DNA of 64,000 nt from Victivallales bacterium (GCA_045114235.1 JBGUKB010000038.1:971-64970); one strand, 5' to 3'. Positions 24,683 to 34,000 are shown, numbered from the stretch's first letter. Numbers and translations are program-made. The notes: a model not told the origin generated them from the letters alone.

Positions 24683-27376
24683 TTATTTTTTCTTCACCAT
24701 GCTCTTGAAGGCTTCGCCGAAGATCAGGTAACTGCAGTTGCCCGCGATCGTGCCTTCGTTCTGACCCCACAGGAACGGCCAGTCGTCGAAGTTCTCGAAA
24801 TGGTCGGGGCGGCGGAACAGCAGGCCGGGCGCCACGTTGCCGGGGATGAACGAGAAGTCGGCGCGGTTGTTGCCGTAGAAGACTTCCTTGGGACGCGCCG
24901 CGCCGACGGCGGCAACCAGCGAATAATTGTGGTACGGATGGCAGCCGAACATGAACGCGGCGGCCTTGTAGGCGTAACTCTTGTCAATGAGCTCGGGGAA
25001 GTAGAGGTTGGCGAGGCATGCCGTGGCGCCGAAGCTGACCACGGAGCCGCTGCCCGCCCAGTTGCCCTCGCCGATGGGCACGCCGTACGGATTGAGCGTG
25101 TCGAAACGGTCCATGTAAAGCTTGTACTGCTGCACATAGGGCGCGAGTTTCCGCTTGTATTCGTCATCCATGAACGGCACGGCGTCGAGCGCGGTCCGGA
25201 TGGTCCCGTTCACGTTGCGGTCCAGTGCTTGCCAGATCTGCTGTTCGAACTGCGCCAGATAGGATTTGTCGCCGGTCGTTCGGTACAGCTGCAGGGCGAG
25301 CCCCATGTTGTTGCCGCCGAAACCGCCGCCCATCCCGCCGCGGCGGCGGTTGTCCGGATTGCCGGAATCGCCCGCGAAGCGTTGTGCCTGCTTCATGCAG
25401 CGTTCGGCAAGTTCGTCGTTGTAGCCCTTCAGCACGCGGGCTGCGGCTGCGAACATGGCGGCAGCGTTGGGGTTGGGGCCGGTATTGCCGCCTGCGAACG
25501 CCCACATGTCGTCGGGGGTGCCGCTTCGCTTGCCGTCCTCCGACTTCACGTATTTTGGCAGGCTGGGGTCGTAGTGCAGGCCGTCCGTGATGGCGGCGGC
25601 GTCGCCCAGATGATGGTAGTTGTCGAGGACCGAGTTGGAGAGGGTCCTGGACATCTGTCCGAGCTGTTCTGCCTGGGCGACCAGGTTCAGCACGCCGTGC
25701 TCGATGTACTGCAGCAGATCGGGCTTGCCGTCCGGGCGGTGCAGGTCCACGTAGCGCTGCTCCTCGCTCACGAACGTCTCGTCGCGCTCGTTGTGGAAGA
25801 GTTCCCATGCCTCCACCAGGCTTTGGACCACGCCGATGTTCGCGCCGGTCTCGATGTCGAAGTCGCCCGCGTCGAAGTAGCCGCCCACGTTCAGGCCGGG
25901 GATCAGCTCGTAGGGCTCGTAGTGGGTGCCGTCCGGCTTCACGGCGGTGACCCGGCCCTGCGAGTGCATGTCGAAGTGATCGCTCGGCGGCGCCTGCAGA
26001 TAGCCCTCCTTGAAGGGTTCGCCGTGCCAGATCCGGTACGCCTCGTTGACCGTCATGTGGTTCATGTGAATGGGGATCCACACGTCGCTGGTGGCGTCCG
26101 TCATCCAGTCGTAGACCGAATCGTCGATGATGAAGTTTCCGGTCCTGTGGTCGCCGTATTTGATGAAGTAGATGCCGGGCTCCTTCACCTTGCTGAAGTC
26201 GAACTTCAGGTAGTTGTACTTGTAGTAGCTGCCCCACGAGGAGGTCTTGCCCTGGTATGCCAGCTTCTCGTTGCCCTCGCCGTCGATCCTGAAGACCGCG
26301 GCGTTCGCCCACGGCTTGTCGTTCTTGTCGAGCTCGATCACGGCGATCTTGGGCTGCGAAGGGACGTATCCCACCTGGGAGAACCCGATGTTCGGCTCGC
26401 GGATCCAGCCGGGGACGGCGTGCGGCTCGACGGTCCAGGTTATCACCTTGCCGGTCTTTTTGGCGGGCAGCACGCTGCGCAGCACGAACCATCCGTTCTG
26501 CGCAAGGATGCGGCCGTCGTACAGCTCCAGTGTGGAATCCGCCGACGAGATCTTGATCATGCGTTCGGGGGCGTCGGGCGCGATCACGATGGAATGCCCC
26601 TTCTCAAGAGGCTCCGGGTCCACGAACTCGCCGGTGCCGCGGTCGTCGTACGTGCGGAACCCCTTGAACTGCCGGGGCTTCTCCTCGTTCGGCACGGACT
26701 TGGTCAGGCTGACCGCGTAACGCGGGAACCTTTTGGGCCTGCCGTCCATGATGTATGCCTTGCCCCAGTACTGCGAGGGCAGGAACTCCAAGTTGAATCC
26801 GGCCTTGCCCTCCAGGAATTCGGGCAGCGGCTCGTCCAGATAGACCGCGATCTCCACGGTTTTCCCCTTGCCGGTGACGATCACGCGCGAATTGAAGTTG
26901 TAGTCGGGATAGCGCATCCCGACCTCGATGGCGTTGTTCTCCGGGTAGACCCGGCGCAGCGGCGACTGCGGGACCAGGTCCCACTGTTCGGGGGTCTTGG
27001 ACAGCCTGACCGCGCCGCCCTGAACGGTCCGCACGCCATGATGGATGATCTCGATGCCGGAGTTCTTTTCGTCGTTGAAGCCGCCTGAGAACGTGTTGCT
27101 GAATACAAGAACGTTGACGCCTGGGCGCTCGAAATACTGCATGTCGTTCAGGAGCAGCTTTTCCGGGTCGAGTTTCTGCGCGGGCGGCGGTATCTGCCCC
27201 TGTCCCTGCCGGATCTGTCCCTGCCGGTTCTGAGGCTGCCGGGTCTGTCCCTGACGGGTCTGGGGCTGTTGTTGCGTTTGAGCTTGTCTGGGCTGCTGGG
27301 CTTGAGCGTGGACAAAGACGGCGGGCAGCGCAAGCAGCGCGGCCGCGATGAGGGAGGAGCAGGAGCGGAAGTTCAT
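24683..27376 (-). CDS. Secreted GH9-like (alpha/alpha)6 glycoside hydrolase with a Q-rich N-terminal linker
   Basis: The signal peptide is MNFRSCSSLIAAALLALPAVFVHA. GGYFDAGDFD resembles the GH9 GGWYDAGD motif, and the C-terminal WGQNEGTIAGNCSYL resembles the GH9 NEVA motif. The start was moved to the ATG at 27376. The family call is moderately confident. Confidence 0.65.
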   Translation of the reverse strand: MNFRSCSSLIAAALLALPAVFVHAQAQQPRQAQTQQQPQTRQGQTRQPQNRQGQIRQGQGQIPPPAQKLDPEKLLLNDMQYFERPGVNVLVFSNTFSGGFNDEKNSGIEIIHHGVRTVQGGAVRLSKTPEQWDLVPQSPLRRVYPENNAIEVGMRYPDYNFNSRVIVTGKGKTVEIAVYLDEPLPEFLEGKAGFNLEFLPSQYWGKAYIMDGRPKRFPRYAVSLTKSVPNEEKPRQFKGFRTYDDRGTGEFVDPEPLEKGHSIVIAPDAPERMIKISSADSTLELYDGRILAQNGWFVLRSVLPAKKTGKVITWTVEPHAVPGWIREPNIGFSQVGYVPSQPKIAVIELDKNDKPWANAAVFRIDGEGNEKLAYQGKTSSWGSYYKYNYLKFDFSKVKEPGIYFIKYGDHRTGNFIIDDSVYDWMTDATSDVWIPIHMNHMTVNEAYRIWHGEPFKEGYLQAPPSDHFDMHSQGRVTAVKPDGTHYEPYELIPGLNVGGYFDAGDFDIETGANIGVVQSLVEAWELFHNERDETFVSEEQRYVDLHRPDGKPDLLQYIEHGVLNLVAQAEQLGQMSRTLSNSVLDNYHHLGDAAAITDGLHYDPSLPKYVKSEDGKRSGTPDDMWAFAGGNTGPNPNAAAMFAAAARVLKGYNDELAERCMKQAQRFAGDSGNPDNRRRGGMGGGFGGNNMGLALQLYRTTGDKSYLAQFEQQIWQALDRNVNGTIRTALDAVPFMDDEYKRKLAPYVQQYKLYMDRFDTLNPYGVPIGEGNWAGSGSVVSFGATACLANLYFPELIDKSYAYKAAAFMFGCHPYHNYSLVAAVGAARPKEVFYGNNRADFSFIPGNVAPGLLFRRPDHFENFDDWPFLWGQNEGTIAGNCSYLIFGEAFKSMVKKK
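27179..27307 (-). repeat. Q/R/P-rich low-complexity coding repeat
   Basis: It encodes AQAQQPRQAQTQQQPQTRQGQTRQPQNRQGQIRQGQGQIPPPAQ. The DNA shows imperfect tandem units (ctgtccctgccggatctg-like). Confidence 0.8.
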
Positions 27377-27455
27377 GCTGATGATCCTTATTCGGCGGAG
27401 GGGGACCGCCATTGTTTTGAAGTTGTTGGAAACGAAGGAATCCCTGTCACTGCAT

Positions 27456-27483
27456 AATATATCCATGACTGGTTTAAATGCAA
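27456..27483 (-). promoter_or_regulatory. Promoter TTGCAT-16-TATATT upstream of the GH9-like gene
   Basis: On the minus strand the -35 lies at 27483-27478 and the -10 at 27461-27456, about 80 nt upstream of the ATG at 27376. Confidence 0.45.
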
Positions 27484-27571
27484 ATAAAAATCTCGAAGAA
27501 ACGGGTTTTCCAGAGGATTTCTCCGTGCATGGACGCCCCGGCTGCGGCATGGGCGGGCGCCGGGGGAGATT

Positions 27572-27823
27572 TCATTCCGCCAGCTTGTGCCGCCATTTCG
27601 CCTTGAACGCGTCGCTCAGGTCCTGGTATTGGAAGATGTTCTTCCAGTTCACTCGGTCGGCGAACTTCTCGATAAACGGTTCGCTGAGCGTCTGGTACCG
27701 GGAGACGAGGTCCCAGTCCATCGCGTCTTTGTGGTATTCGATGTATTCCTCGCAGTGAATGTGGTATTTCGAGTCGATGTACCAGAAATCGGTCGGTTCG
27801 ACTGACGCATCGTTTTCGTTCAT
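27572..27823 (-). CDS. Hypothetical small protein (83 aa) with two W-x5-YQ-x-LS repeats
   Basis: MNENDASVEPTDFWYIDSKYHIHCEEYIEYHKDAMDWDLVSRYQTLSEPFIEKFADRVNWKNIFQYQDLSDAFKAKWRHKLAE. GC content is lower than the surroundings. It lies 90 nt downstream of the giant surface protein gene. Confidence 0.55.
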   Translation of the reverse strand: MNENDASVEPTDFWYIDSKYHIHCEEYIEYHKDAMDWDLVSRYQTLSEPFIEKFADRVNWKNIFQYQDLSDAFKAKWRHKLAE

Positions 27824-27913
27824 TTCCGTTTTCCTTTCGCTGTCTTTTGAAAAACTCCGGGGTACACGGCAGACCGTGCCGATCTGGAGCCCGGTTTGCG
27901 CCCGGGCGCGATG

Positions 27914-30900
27914 TCAAGCGATTACGGTCCAGCTCATGTCGACGCCACGTCCGAGTTCGGTCCACTTGTTCATGTCGCCGCCGGAGTAATAGCCGAGCAT
28001 GCCGGTCGAATACTGGCGCACCAGCAGGTCGTCCTGTTTGTCTCCGTCGTAATCGCCCGCGCCGACCACGAACCAGTCCTTCGCGTCGAGCTGGCCCAGC
28101 TGCGACCAGCTGGCGGAATTCCCGTCGTCCCACTTGGCCACGATGCCCGTCTCCTTGTGGAACGCCACGATGTCGTCCCTGCCGTCGCCTGCGAAATCGC
28201 CGATGGCGCGGACTTCCCAGCCGCTGTCGGACGATGCAAGCTCGGAAACGGCGCTGTCGATGCCGACCGCGTAGTATTTCGCACCGCCCAGATAGCTCAT
28301 TACGACGGCGTCCCTGCCGGACCCGGCGAAGTCGCCGCAGCCGACGAGCGTCCAGTTCGCGTCGTAGCCCGCGCCGAGGGAAACCCAGCTGTCGGTGCCG
28401 TCGGTCCAGACGCCGAGCGCGCCGATCTCGGCACAATGCCACACGATGGAGTTCTTTCCCTCGTTTCCGGTCAGGTTGCCGACCTTGTTCTTCCAGACAT
28501 AGCCCTCGTAATTGGTGAGATAGCTGATGTTCACCCAGTTTGCGTCGAGGTCTTCGGCGTCGGTGTAATAGCCGATGAACGCGCCCTTGATGCCGCTGAC
28601 TTCCACATTGCCGACGAGGACGGAGTCCGCCTTGCCGTTGGCGTTCATGTCGTATGCGCCGAGGACTTCCCATGTGTCGACCGGATGCGTGGCGTTCGTG
28701 CTCTGCCACGTGCTCGTGCCGTTCATCCAGAACCCGATCTGGCCGAAGCCGCCGGTGTACTGGAACATCACGTCGGAAACGCCGTTCGCGTCGATGTCGC
28801 TCTTCACGTCGCCGACGACGGCCGCCTGCGAAACAAGGAACGCTTCGCCGTCCGTGGCCGCGGAAGCGTTGCCGACGTTGTCGACAGCCTGCACGCTCCA
28901 CTGCCAGGTCGCGAAATCAACGTTTTCCAGTTCGAGGCTGTTGTCCTTTGTTGTGACCGTGAACGCCTGTCCGCCGTGCGCGTAGCGGACCGTGTATTCC
29001 CTGACGCCGGCGAGGTTGTCCATCGAGGCGTCCCATGAGAGGGAAACGTTCCGCCCGGAGACGGTGGCTTTCAGCCCGGCCGGAGTCGTCGGCGCGATCT
29101 TGTCGATGTTTCTCACCGTGTAGCTGGCGATGGGCGATGCGACGTTGTATCCGTTCAGGCCGCGGAAATACACTCTTCCGTTTTCCTGAAGCACGATCCC
29201 CCCGGTATAATCCATCCAGGTCGCCGCGTCGAAGCTGTACTGTTTCGTCACGGTATAGCTGTCGAAGGTCCCCGTGACCGTGACGTCCTTGTTGGTGAGG
29301 GCGGTGATGTCCGCGGCCGTAATGGGTTGTCCGGGGCCGTTTCCGGTGCAGTCGTCGCCGATATGGAGCATCATCGTGGCGGTTCCGGTCATGGCGGATT
29401 TGTCGATGACGACGTCAAGCGAGAGCCTGTACTCGACGCCGTCGACCATGAGGTTCTGTCCGTCCGTGATCGTGCCGAGGATCTTGTTTTCGGTGTTTTT
29501 GACCGTGAGCGTCGGGAAATCGGAATTTTTCCGCGCGACGGCGATCAGATATGTGCCGCGCGACTGGTCGGGTTCGACCGTGATCGTGAAATCCGGGGTG
29601 TAGTTTGCTTCCGAAGGTTCGCTGCGGATGCGCTGGTAGTCGTCCAGCAGGGCCTCCGCGTCGCCGGAAGGATTGATCCTGGAGATGTCGAAATCGATCG
29701 TGCAGCCGTTGTCGTCGATGAAAAGATACGTTTTTTCGCCGTCGAGCGTCGAGGGGCAGATCCTGATCTTTCCGGTCAGGACGGAGCCGGACGACATGTA
29801 GAGGACCCCGCCGGACTGGATGTCGACGTTCTTCATGACGGCGCCGCTGAAGATGGTCATACTGCCGCCGGATGTGATCGTGTTGTCGACCGCCGTGCCG
29901 CCGGAGAAGAGGAAGGCGAAGCCTCCGTTGTTCGCCGTGGTGGCGGACGCCGTGCCGCCGCTGTAGACGCAGAGGCCGCCGTCCGGGTCGCAGTCCTTGA
30001 GCGTCGTGGAAACCGCGAGCCCGCCGCCGCTGAGGACCAGTTTCCCCGTCCCCTCGACGGCCGTGTCCAGCATAGTCGTGCCGGTGTGGACCATGGCGGT
30101 ATGGTCGTTCAGGAGCGTACCGCTGACCGTGTGTTCCAGGAAGGTGACGTCCGCGCCCTCTTCGATGGTCACGGTGCCGCCGTTTTCCAGGAGATCTGAG
30201 ACTTTCGCGCCGGAGTAGATCGTGAGGCAGGCCCCGGACTGCACCTCGATGTCTTTCGCGGAACCGCCCGAACGGATCTGGCATCCCGCGCCGTTGACAA
30301 GGCCGATGCCGGCGGCGACGCCGCCTTCGTAAACATAGACCATTCCGCCGGAATTCACGTTCGTGGCGGAGGCTTTGCCGCCGCTGAAGACGTAGAGGCC
30401 TTTCGTGGCGGCGCAGCTGTTGACTGTCGCCGACGTTACGACGCCGCCGTCGGACACGTGCAGCGCCCCTTCATCCGAGATCACGGGGCTCGCCATGGTC
30501 GTGCCGGAATGGATCGAGATTTCTTCGTTTTTGATGATCCGTCCGCTGATGACCTGATCGGCGAAGGTCACGCTCGCGCCTGCCTCGACCGTGATCGATC
30601 CTCCGGCTTCAAGGACGTTCGTGACGATCGCGCCGGAGCAGATCGTAAGGTAGGAGCCGGACTTAACGTTGATGCCGTCCGCCGACCCCCCGGCGCGGAC
30701 CTGGCAGGCACCGCCCGCGGCGAGTTCGATTCCGGACGCGTATCCGCCTTCGTACATGTAGATTTCGCCACCGGAATTCACGACTGTCTCCAGGGCGGCC
30801 CCGCCGCTGAAAACGAAAAGCCCTTTGGTGTAGACGCAGCTGTTGACCGTAGCCGCCGACACGACGCCGCCTTCGGACACGCACAGCGTCCCGTCGTCGG

Positions 30901-32599
30901 AGATCACGGGGGCTGCCAGAGTCGTGCCGGAGTGCACGGCGACCACGCCGTCTTGGATGACCTGTCCGCTGATGATCTGCTCGGCGAAGGTTACGTTCGC
31001 GCCGTCCTCGATGGCGATCTGCCCGCCCCGTTCCTTCACTCCGGTCACGGTGGCTCCCGCCTGAATGTAGAGCGTCGCTCCGGTCTGGACGGTCAGGTCG
31101 CTCGCGGAAGCCCCGGCGCAGACCTGGAGCATGCCGGACCCGGAAAGCACCGCGCCGGAGGCGGCGCCTTTGTCCAGGATGTAGACCGAGCCGGATTTTA
31201 CGATGGAATCGGCGAACAGGGCGTTCGCATCGACGGAGACGGAGCCGCCGTCCACCGCGACCCCGGACGCCTTGCCGCCTGCCATCACGCGGAGGCTGCC
31301 CCCTTCGAGGATGCTTCCGCCGAGGACGTTTCCGCCGTCCGTCAGGTAAAGGACGCCGCCGGAGTTCACGTTCGTGGCGGAGGCGGTCCCGCCGCTGGAA
31401 ATGCAGAGTCCCCCGGCAGCGGTGCAGCTGCCGACCGTGCCGGACAGGAACAGCCCGCCGTTCAGGACGTTCATGTTGCCGTCCTGGCGCACGGTCGCGC
31501 TCAGGGCGGTCGTGCCGGAATGGATCGCGGCGTATCCGCTGCTCAGGACGAGCCCCTGGAAGGTGTTGGCGGCAAAGGTGACGTTCGCCCCGTCGGCGAC
31601 ATAGACGTTGCCGCCGTTTTCCACGACGTCGGTCACGGTTGCCCCGGATTGAATGGAAAGCGTCGCGCCCGGCTGGACGCGGAGGTCGCGGGCGGATGCG
31701 CCCTGATAGATCTGGAAGGTGGCCCCGGCGACCACGTTCGCCCCGATCGCGGTCCCCCCGGACAGCACATAGAGCGCGCCGTCCGGATTGACCGCGGTCT
31801 CCAGGGCGGTCCCGCCGCTGGAGACGCAGAGCCCGCCGGCCGTGGTGCAGCTGTCGACGATCGTTTCGGAGGCGATGCCTCCGTCGCACAGGCCCAGGAG
31901 GCCGTCCTGGCATACGGTCACTTTTACGGCGGTCGTGCCGGAATGCACCGTCGCCGAAGTCCCGGAGAGAGTTTGCCCGGAGATCACCGCGGATGCGAAC
32001 GAGACCTTTGCGCCGTTCTGCACGTCTACGTATCCGCCGTTTTCCTGAATCCGCACGGCGGAGGCGTTCGGACGGATGCTCAGGAATGCGCCGGGAAGCA
32101 CGCGGATCCCCTGCGCGAACGCATCCTCCCAGACGTCGGCGCGGTTGCGCAGGTCGGCGTCCAGGAGGGTCCCGCCGCCGAACACATACAGGATGCCGTC
32201 GTTCAGCGCCGCGCCGGTCAGCGTCGCGCCGGACTGCACCAGGACCGTGCCGCCGTCCTGCGTGACGGCGGACGCTGTCGCGCCGTTCCCGCCGATGCTG
32301 AACGATGCTCCGCTGGAAACCGTTACGCCGGATGCCAGCGCGCCTTCGTAGAGGTAGCCACGGCCTCCGCCGTCCAGCACCGTATTGAACGCTTTGCCCC
32401 CGTTCAGGATGCTGACCCCGCCGTTCGAGGTGCAGCTCCCGACGAGCGTGTCCAGCAGGACCCCGCCTTCCGACACGTGGACGATGCCGTTGTTGACGAC
32501 CGTCGTTTTGGAAGCGGTTCCACCGCTGCGGACCTGCATCCAGTCATCGTCGAGGATCATGCCCGAGGTAATGCCGCTGTCTATTTCGTATGTTGCCAT
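27914..32599 (-). CDS. Giant surface/adhesin-like protein: AIDA-type beta-helix repeats, an FN3 domain and FG-GAP/VCBS repeats
   Basis: 1561 aa from the ATG at 32599, which has GGAAGG upstream; the track start at 32617 is a TTG. The N-terminal 870 aa or so are SGG-T/A-x repeats. FN3 reads PTTPAGLKATVSGRNVSLSWDASMDNLAGVREYTVRY. The C-terminal FG-GAP-like units are DANGVSDV, DMNANGKADSV, GDFAGSGRDAVV, GDFAGDGRDDIV and GDYDGDKQDDLL. No N-terminal signal peptide is evident. Confidence 0.85.
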   Translation of the reverse strand: MATYEIDSGITSGMILDDDWMQVRSGGTASKTTVVNNGIVHVSEGGVLLDTLVGSCTSNGGVSILNGGKAFNTVLDGGGRGYLYEGALASGVTVSSGASFSIGGNGATASAVTQDGGTVLVQSGATLTGAALNDGILYVFGGGTLLDADLRNRADVWEDAFAQGIRVLPGAFLSIRPNASAVRIQENGGYVDVQNGAKVSFASAVISGQTLSGTSATVHSGTTAVKVTVCQDGLLGLCDGGIASETIVDSCTTAGGLCVSSGGTALETAVNPDGALYVLSGGTAIGANVVAGATFQIYQGASARDLRVQPGATLSIQSGATVTDVVENGGNVYVADGANVTFAANTFQGLVLSSGYAAIHSGTTALSATVRQDGNMNVLNGGLFLSGTVGSCTAAGGLCISSGGTASATNVNSGGVLYLTDGGNVLGGSILEGGSLRVMAGGKASGVAVDGGSVSVDANALFADSIVKSGSVYILDKGAASGAVLSGSGMLQVCAGASASDLTVQTGATLYIQAGATVTGVKERGGQIAIEDGANVTFAEQIISGQVIQDGVVAVHSGTTLAAPVISDDGTLCVSEGGVVSAATVNSCVYTKGLFVFSGGAALETVVNSGGEIYMYEGGYASGIELAAGGACQVRAGGSADGINVKSGSYLTICSGAIVTNVLEAGGSITVEAGASVTFADQVISGRIIKNEEISIHSGTTMASPVISDEGALHVSDGGVVTSATVNSCAATKGLYVFSGGKASATNVNSGGMVYVYEGGVAAGIGLVNGAGCQIRSGGSAKDIEVQSGACLTIYSGAKVSDLLENGGTVTIEEGADVTFLEHTVSGTLLNDHTAMVHTGTTMLDTAVEGTGKLVLSGGGLAVSTTLKDCDPDGGLCVYSGGTASATTANNGGFAFLFSGGTAVDNTITSGGSMTIFSGAVMKNVDIQSGGVLYMSSGSVLTGKIRICPSTLDGEKTYLFIDDNGCTIDFDISRINPSGDAEALLDDYQRIRSEPSEANYTPDFTITVEPDQSRGTYLIAVARKNSDFPTLTVKNTENKILGTITDGQNLMVDGVEYRLSLDVVIDKSAMTGTATMMLHIGDDCTGNGPGQPITAADITALTNKDVTVTGTFDSYTVTKQYSFDAATWMDYTGGIVLQENGRVYFRGLNGYNVASPIASYTVRNIDKIAPTTPAGLKATVSGRNVSLSWDASMDNLAGVREYTVRYAHGGQAFTVTTKDNSLELENVDFATWQWSVQAVDNVGNASAATDGEAFLVSQAAVVGDVKSDIDANGVSDVMFQYTGGFGQIGFWMNGTSTWQSTNATHPVDTWEVLGAYDMNANGKADSVLVGNVEVSGIKGAFIGYYTDAEDLDANWVNISYLTNYEGYVWKNKVGNLTGNEGKNSIVWHCAEIGALGVWTDGTDSWVSLGAGYDANWTLVGCGDFAGSGRDAVVMSYLGGAKYYAVGIDSAVSELASSDSGWEVRAIGDFAGDGRDDIVAFHKETGIVAKWDDGNSASWSQLGQLDAKDWFVVGAGDYDGDKQDDLLVRQYSTGMLGYYSGGDMNKWTELGRGVDMSWTVIA
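29990..32560 (-). repeat. Hierarchical coding repeats (about 20-aa beta-helix units nested in 141-aa, 423-bp, supermodules)
   Basis: The recurring anchor G[AS]xV[ST]F...HSGTT occurs 5 times. The modules ending near 30181 and 30601 are the most similar pair (SGAKVSDLLENGG vs SGAIVTNVLEAGG). Confidence 0.75.
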
Positions 32600-32648
32600 G
32601 GATCGATTGCCTTCCAAATAATATTTTTGTGTGATATATGCACACTAT

Positions 32649-32677
32649 ACTATACTTCCGCATACGGGAAAAGACAA
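32649..32677 (-). promoter_or_regulatory. Promoter TTGTCT-17-TATAGT(ATAGT) upstream of the giant protein gene
   Basis: On the minus strand TTGTCT lies at 32677-32672. A tandem TATAGTATAGT lies at 32654-32644. Confidence 0.45.
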
Positions 32678-32729
32678 ACGGCATTCCCCGAAAAAAACAA
32701 AACTGCAACGAAAAGAAACAGGGGAAGTC

Positions 32730-32790
32730 TCAGCGGGCGGCGGCGAGCTTGCGTTCGACGGCGTCGCCGCGGTCCGCGCCGCCGTCGGGA
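32730..32790 (-). pseudogene. Orphan fragment resembling the 3' end of the TPR gene at 36449
   Basis: tcaGcgggcggCGGcgagcttgcgttcgaCggcgtcg... compared with 36449 tcaCcgggcggATTcgagcttgcgttcgaTggcgtcg... is about 35 of the first 40 nt identical. It encodes ...GDAVERKLAAAR* compared with ...YDAIERKLESAR*. No start codon lies downstream of the mraY stop. Confidence 0.5.
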
Positions 32791-32824
32791 TTCGTGCGTT
32801 CCCTGCGCTCCGCGCGGACCGTTT

Positions 32825-33985
32825 TTACCTGAGTTTCAGCGTGGCGAGCCCCGCCATCGCGGAAAGGATCGCGAGGATCCAGAACCCCATGACGATCTTG
32901 TTGTCGGGGATGCCCATCATTTCGAAATGATGATGGATCGGGGCACGGAGGAAGATCCGTTTGCCGTGCCGGAGCTTGTAGCTCGTGCGCTGAAGCCAGA
33001 CCGAGAGCGTTTCGATGACGAAGACGAGCCCGATGATCGGGACCAGGAGCTGCTGCGCCAGCATGATGGCGATCATCGCCAGCGCGCCGCCCAGGGCGAG
33101 GCTTCCCGTGTCGCCCATGTAGATGGACGCCGGAGCCGTGTTGTGCCAGAGGAATCCGAGGCAGGCGCCCGCGATTGCGCAGGCGAAAACGCCGAGTTCG
33201 CCCGCCTGCGGCACATACGGGATGCCCAGATAAGTGGCAAACTCGTAATGCCCGTTCAGGTACGCCACGACGGCGAACGCGAGCGCCGCGATGAACATGC
33301 AGCCCGTGGCGAGTCCGTCCTTGCCGTCGGTCAGGTTGACGCCGTTGCTGGTCCCCGCCACCACGAGATAATTGAATCCGAGCATGACGAGCAGGCATCC
33401 CGGCATGCACCAGAGCGGCAGATGGAACAGAGGATGATACCGGAACGGCACGATGACCGAGATGGATTCCAGTTCGGGGTAGAACTGGAACGGCTGGCGG
33501 GAGAAGGGGAAGAAGACCTGCATCGTGACCGCCCCGTGCGTCTTGTAGAGCAGATACAGCGCGATCACCGTCACGACGGCCTGCACGATCATCTTGGTGC
33601 GTTCCCGGACGCCGTCGCGTTCCGAGCGCAGGTATTTCGTCTTGATGATGTCGTCGACCATTCCCAGGATCCCGAGGGCGACGGTCGAGAGGACGAAGAT
33701 GATGAGCGTCCGTTCCGTGATCTTGCTCCAGAGCAAGGTGGCGATCACGATTGCCGAGATCATGAAGACTCCGCCCATCAGCGGCGTTTTGGGCTTCTCC
33801 GGCTGGTCGTCCATCCGCGGCGACCTCTGCACGCAGTGCACCCTGAAATACGGGAGAAAGACGGGGATCGAGAGCAGGACGATCAGGAACGCCGTGATGA
33901 AGGCGCCTCCCGCCCGGAACGTGATGTAGTTGAAGAGTCGGAGCGGACCCCAGTCGGTTTCCAGCGAGCTTAAATAATAATACAT
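32825..33985 (-). CDS. mraY: Phospho-N-acetylmuramoyl-pentapeptide transferase
   Basis: The motifs are NGVNLTDGKDGLA, YMGDTGSLALGG and APIHHHFEMMG. 386 aa, polytopic. Confidence 0.9.
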   Translation of the reverse strand: MYYYLSSLETDWGPLRLFNYITFRAGGAFITAFLIVLLSIPVFLPYFRVHCVQRSPRMDDQPEKPKTPLMGGVFMISAIVIATLLWSKITERTLIIFVLSTVALGILGMVDDIIKTKYLRSERDGVRERTKMIVQAVVTVIALYLLYKTHGAVTMQVFFPFSRQPFQFYPELESISVIVPFRYHPLFHLPLWCMPGCLLVMLGFNYLVVAGTSNGVNLTDGKDGLATGCMFIAALAFAVVAYLNGHYEFATYLGIPYVPQAGELGVFACAIAGACLGFLWHNTAPASIYMGDTGSLALGGALAMIAIMLAQQLLVPIIGLVFVIETLSVWLQRTSYKLRHGKRIFLRAPIHHHFEMMGIPDNKIVMGFWILAILSAMAGLATLKLR

Positions 33986-34000
33986 TTCTGCCTTCCTTGA

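Noticed and set aside
29990-32560. Periodic DNA repeats that could be mistaken for a CRISPR or satellite array
   Set aside because: The repeats are in frame within one long ORF, are 60-423 bp long and are divergent. They encode beta-helix units, and there is no spacer/repeat architecture.
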